Shown here piece after piece: positions 60,901 through 64,000 of a stretch of 64,000 nucleotides of DNA. The notes below the pieces were generated by a model, which was not told the origin of the DNA, did not search any database, and saw nothing but the letters and a program-made list of their open reading frames with translations. Each line of letters starts with the position of its first letter. The stretch's first letter is position 1. The DNA is taken from the NCBI GenBank assembly GCA_044892525.1, contig CM097885.1, positions 166,470,001 to 166,534,000 on the forward strand, read 5' to 3'. Source of the stretch: Schmidtea polychroa (Eukaryota). A program made the position numbers and the translations under genes.

Positions 60901-63178
60901 AAAATCTACAAATGGGATTTAATGATGCATAAGTTCTAAGATATTTTACTGAAAATGATATTAAATATTAGTCAAAATCAAAATTCCTTAATCTAGGAAG
61001 TACATGGTTGCCTATTTGTTATGTTAACTTTTACAAATTAATTATAAAATGGAAAGAAATTTCACTTTACCTTCTTTATACCATGCTTCACCGGCCCTTT
61101 GATGTAACTATCAAATTTTGATAATCAGTATTGCCAGTATGTAAAAATAACGGTCGATGAAAATCCTATATGCACGTTGTTTTATTAGTCGTGAATGAGC
61201 ATATTATATTAAAAAAAATATGTGCAATAGTTGATAATTGCTGACGTGTCCCACCTCTGAAGCGCGGTGCTCCACCTCTTTGGCGTGATGCCCCACCGTG
61301 GGAAACTCTGCGTTAACTACTTAATTAATTGTAATTTGTATTTTTTTAAATGAGTTGATAAGTTAAAACATATAACGGATAACTTCAAATCGTCGCTAAA
61401 CGTCTCGATCTACTTTTCCAAATAGCACTGCTAAATCCCCGATACAGTCATTTACCTTATTTTGGTGCGATAATTTTACTATTTTACTACCTACGTTTTA
61501 AGATTCCTGTTATTAGTGAATGCCATATAGCAGATGTGTACGGAACATTATTTAATGAAAAATATTTACAAAGGAAACAATTGATGTTTCCGAAAAATCT
61601 GATGAATTTGAAATAGAAGACAAAAAAATTTATTAAGAGACTTTGTGGTGTTTTATGCAATATCTTTATTGAAAATGCGAATTTTCAAATAGTGTCCCTA
61701 TTTTATGAGAACCTGTCCTTTTAAAAATATTTTTGGTAGCAATTTTTAATAGTGTCCGGGACACTATTTGGAGTTATCTGTTAATTTTATGGAGATTGTT
61801 TCCAAATTTTCTTTATTTGAGAGTTAGAAGAAAACTGTTTCTAGAATAACTTTGATAAATGGAATATATTTTTGGAAATCATGTAAATACTAAATATGAT
61901 TGGTATTTAAAAAAAATGTTTATTGTTGGAAGTTTCAGGTTTTTATTTCAAATAGTGATGAAATCACGAATGCAATGTTAAACCATTTGAAACTGGAACG
62001 CTAAATCAATTGTAAACGAGATAATGATGAATCCACTTTTAGGGGAACAAAACTCAAACTTTTTTATATTTTCCAAAAAGGCTGATTCTTGGATTTGCAA
62101 AACAATCGAAATTGAGACCCGGTTTTTGGATTTCAATCTGATACTGAAATAACTACATCTAAATATACTATCGGGTAAATTTTGGCAAAGTTTCAGTGTT
62201 TTGATTCTTCTCATAAAATTGCAAACCGGCTTGCTCTTATTATTGAGGGTGGCCAAATCGCGAAATAATTTGAAATAACATTAGGTAGAGGTTGAGTTAT
62301 CAATATTTTATTTTCATTTCAGAAAGAAAATGATAAATAATATTAATACACAAATAAATAAAAGAGAATATACGATTGCACTGATGAAAAGTAATATTGA
62401 AGTAGAGAATCTTTAAATTACTAAAATGATGCATTGGACTAATATTTTAGTTACAAAACCATGTAATGTTTTATATGCAAATTATTTAGTTCCATGAAAC
62501 CGAATAATTTATTAGCATTTTTAGAAAAAAAATACGAATGTAAATATTATTTATAATAAAAATAGTACTTGTAAATACTTCCAGCATTTTGGTATAGATT
62601 TAACAGCAGACCAATAATTAATGTCAAGAAAATTAATATTATGAAATGTGTACATAAAGGTAAATTTAATATTAAAACATGTTGAATTTTCCAATACATT
62701 ATTAAGCAATTGACATTCATTGACAGATTCTGCACAACCTTCCCTGGGTATTACATTATACTATATAATTCTAACTAGATTTACTAACCTACTGTAGGAA
62801 TAATTCGTTGCAAAGTTGTTTCGAAAAATAGAATAATTAACAAATTGTGAATTAACACAAATAGATAATAAAGAGCTTAAATAAATATTAACTAAATATA
62901 TCATTAGATAATGAAAATTTTAAAACAATCGCATATTTTTATTAAAAATTAATTAGTTTAAACAACTGATTTACATAAACAAATTAAAAACTTTACAAAA
63001 AATCAAATTTCTAAAAATCTATTTTATTTACATGTTACACTTTTATGAATGATGGTTTTATTAAGAAATGAATTTCACAAGGTGTTTGTTTTCTTATAAT
63101 TTGAATAACCCAAGACAAGTTTTTACTTGCAATAATCTGAATAAAAATATGTACAAAATAAATTAACATAAAAGACAT
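36872..63178 (-). CDS. SMO: Smoothened (class F GPCR), divergent; 3' end not located
   Basis: Exons (reverse): 63178-63110 (tentative signal peptide), 62760-62569, 60905-60586, 60506-gap, 59852-59662, 50720-about 50572, 46632-46520, 46455-46182, 43769-43661, 43606-43391, 42373-42171, 41061-40873, 40108-39728, 39687-39401, 37093-36872. Phases chain correctly except across the N gap. Smo-like motifs: [68 protein letters not shown]...[29 protein letters not shown]...LIW. Tail exons are supported only by open frame and splice sites. Confidence 0.88.
37265..38050 (-). mobile_element. Solo-LTR-like remnant in a Smoothened intron
   Basis: The reverse strand has an A-rich start, CCAAT (gaccaatag), TATA (ggtataaaaa) and AATAAA, and ends TACCCAACA, the same terminal motif class as the large elements. 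Confidence 0.45.
38095..38138 (+). other. Genomic copy of the planarian spliced-leader exon sequence
   Basis: gctattagacggtctcatcgtaatctatataaatctt matches 33 of the first 37 nt of the Schmidtea SL as I recall it (GCCGTTAGACGGTCTTATCGAAATCTATATAAATCTTATATG). No GT donor follows. Confidence 0.7.
44715..45600 (+). pseudogene. HSP90: Intronless, internally deleted HSP90 pseudogene, antisense in a Smoothened intron
   Basis: [18 protein letters not shown]...[22 protein letters not shown]; TLTIVDTGI; [10 protein letters not shown]; [24 protein letters not shown]; stops and frameshifts. Confidence 0.9.
46835..47020. mobile_element. Small inverted-repeat element
   Basis: accgtttgcggacgg near 46835 and ccgtccgcaaacg near 47007. 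Confidence 0.45.
47745..47850 (+). pseudogene. Fragment of a CDK/CDKL-type kinase N-lobe
   Basis: [22 protein letters not shown] followed by a frameshifted WALKKF. Confidence 0.55.
50330..50450 (+). mobile_element. Penelope-like reverse transcriptase fragment
   Basis: [23 protein letters not shown] resembles the PLE RT motif LVxLDVxSLYTNVPxxETI; it abuts an N gap. Confidence 0.5.
50993..54686 (+). mobile_element. Second, 5'-truncated member of the TG...CA element family, flanked by a 109-bp direct duplication
   Basis: A-rich 5' tract; aacatggaa..aaatcc..tggacgg.aaatta is shared with 1960-2010; carries the WFSP ORF; ends GTACCCAGCA (54686). Flanks 50884-50992 and 54687-54797 are near identical. 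Confidence 0.65.
53462..54082 (+). CDS. Orphan coiled-coil WFSP protein (homolog of ORF B)
   Basis: [28 protein letters not shown]; basic tail [10 protein letters not shown]; acceptor ttttcag ending at 53480; likely ATG at 53483 or 53504. Confidence 0.6.
   Translation: MFLSFSVMYLSNSAMSEPNLPPRGLKPCFSCSDKNADIKKLHNHIGVLKKRIELLEYTWFSPPQMKEEKMKVLRLEHCRESLLEESRCQRLTIKAQSEALHQVYTDAELHRRVKEYPIKNGVNVFPIHHCAEEINVQVSSSCMGHGPELPRIIEPVLTGGSSNLPASTVARPDSLPVISSGSKENTTNPPKKRKRPSRAERTLKRR
56049..57471 (-). mobile_element. Full-length (1,423 bp) but inactivated IS630/Tc1-family (DDE_3) transposon
   Basis: Long TIRs starting CAGGGTTTTTCAATTGAAATCAG and built of about 20-bp tandem subunits; TA TSD. Transposase about 57269-56330 with [12 protein letters not shown] and [16 protein letters not shown]; in-frame stops at about 57085 and 56662 plus a deletion near the second Asp. 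Confidence 0.9.
57875..57928. repeat. (TAA)n microsatellite
   Basis: Direct reading. Confidence 0.9.
57961..58600 (+). pseudogene. Spliced-leader-headed retrocopy of an unidentified S/T/Q/N-rich mRNA
   Basis: 57961-58002 matches the recalled planarian SL at 34/42. It is followed by a coding-like low-complexity frame with stops ([25 protein letters not shown]...[15 protein letters not shown]). Confidence 0.5.
58891..59226 (+). mobile_element. Non-autonomous Helitron-like element
   Basis: 5' TC start after A (a|TCCTACTATATAA); 3' GC hairpin ggcgccttaggcgcc followed by a CTAT end (CTRR-like, degenerate). Confidence 0.5.
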
Positions 63179-64000
63179 GCAATGTTCAACTTTGATGAAT
63201 ATAATACAATTGGATAGTTAAATGTTTTCTAATTCAAAATACTTTCTACAATAAATTTTAAATAAATGCATAAATACTGAATGAAAAAAAAACTGAAGTG
63301 CTACAGCAACAAGAATCATAATCAAATGGTAAAATCACTGTCGAAATTTGGCGTAAAAACAGTTGAGGTCCATTAAGCAGTTTGTTTTACATGATTATCA
63401 GAGTTTACATCATAAATCCTAAATAAAAAATAAATAATAAAGCTTATAATAAATTCCAAATTTTATTTAAAACATTTAAAACTCAAAAGCATTAGTCAGA
63501 ATCGTTGTAAAATAGATAATTCTATGAAAATCACGACAGCTGATAATTGTTGCCTCTTCGTCAACCAGGATGAGTCATGAAAGCCTCATTGTCGCGCAGC
63601 TATTGTTTTTTCACAACACAGATGGAGCTGTGCTTATAAATAATTTTCTCTTTCGAAAAGAGACAGTATTGGAAGAAATACTTTAAATATCTAAGAATTT
63701 TTAAGTTTCAAAAAATTTTATGAATTATAAACAACGAATCTAATCAAAAAATACGCACGAAAAGTCGATGGATCAAATATTATTTGAGTAAACATGAAAA
63801 CTTAGTAAAGAGATTATTTTCACTTGTATGGTAAACAATCAATTAGACAGAGTCATTTTGCATTTTAATGACGATGAACTTTACCAATATTGTTTCACTA
63901 TCTTTTTCTTACAGCAATACAAATAACTATTTAAGCTAAGTTAAATTTTTAAGTATGTTAAATAAAAATTAAAAATAATACAATCATTGAAAACCAGTGC

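Noticed and set aside
9723-63178. Functional clustering of two cilia-related genes (TTLL5 and Smoothened)
   Set aside because: Convergent neighbours separated by more than 12 kb of repeats; no evidence beyond coincidence without synteny data.

Overview
AT-rich eukaryotic (not prokaryotic) genomic scaffold with four N gaps (19508-20077, 25129-25301, 50060-50329, 59888-60384). Two degenerate copies of the triclad spliced-leader sequence, 40-64 bp minimal introns and (TA)n/(TAA)n tracts point to a freshwater planarian (inference). Three host genes were reconstructed by hand: a 2-exon RRP15-like gene (-), head-to-head with a 5-exon TTLL5 tubulin polyglutamylase (+, about 1170 aa, one GC-AG intron), and a divergent Smoothened (-, at least 14 exons over more than 26 kb, 3' end not found). 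Introns and intergenic DNA are packed with decayed mariner/Tc1, hAT, piggyBac, Ginger2/TDD, Helitron, Penelope and LTR remnants plus retrocopies. The main unexplained system is a 5,253-bp TG...CA element (1524-6776) with a perfect 4-bp TSD and no transposase or RT. It carries splice signals, hairpins and two intact orphan ORFs: an AT-hook protein and a coiled-coil WFxP protein. A second diverged copy (about 50993-54686), a third decayed WFxP copy (about 14425-15480) and two 5'-end fragments are also present. Best reading: a giant solo LTR acting as a self-contained gene cassette. All alignments were made by eye; no searches were run.
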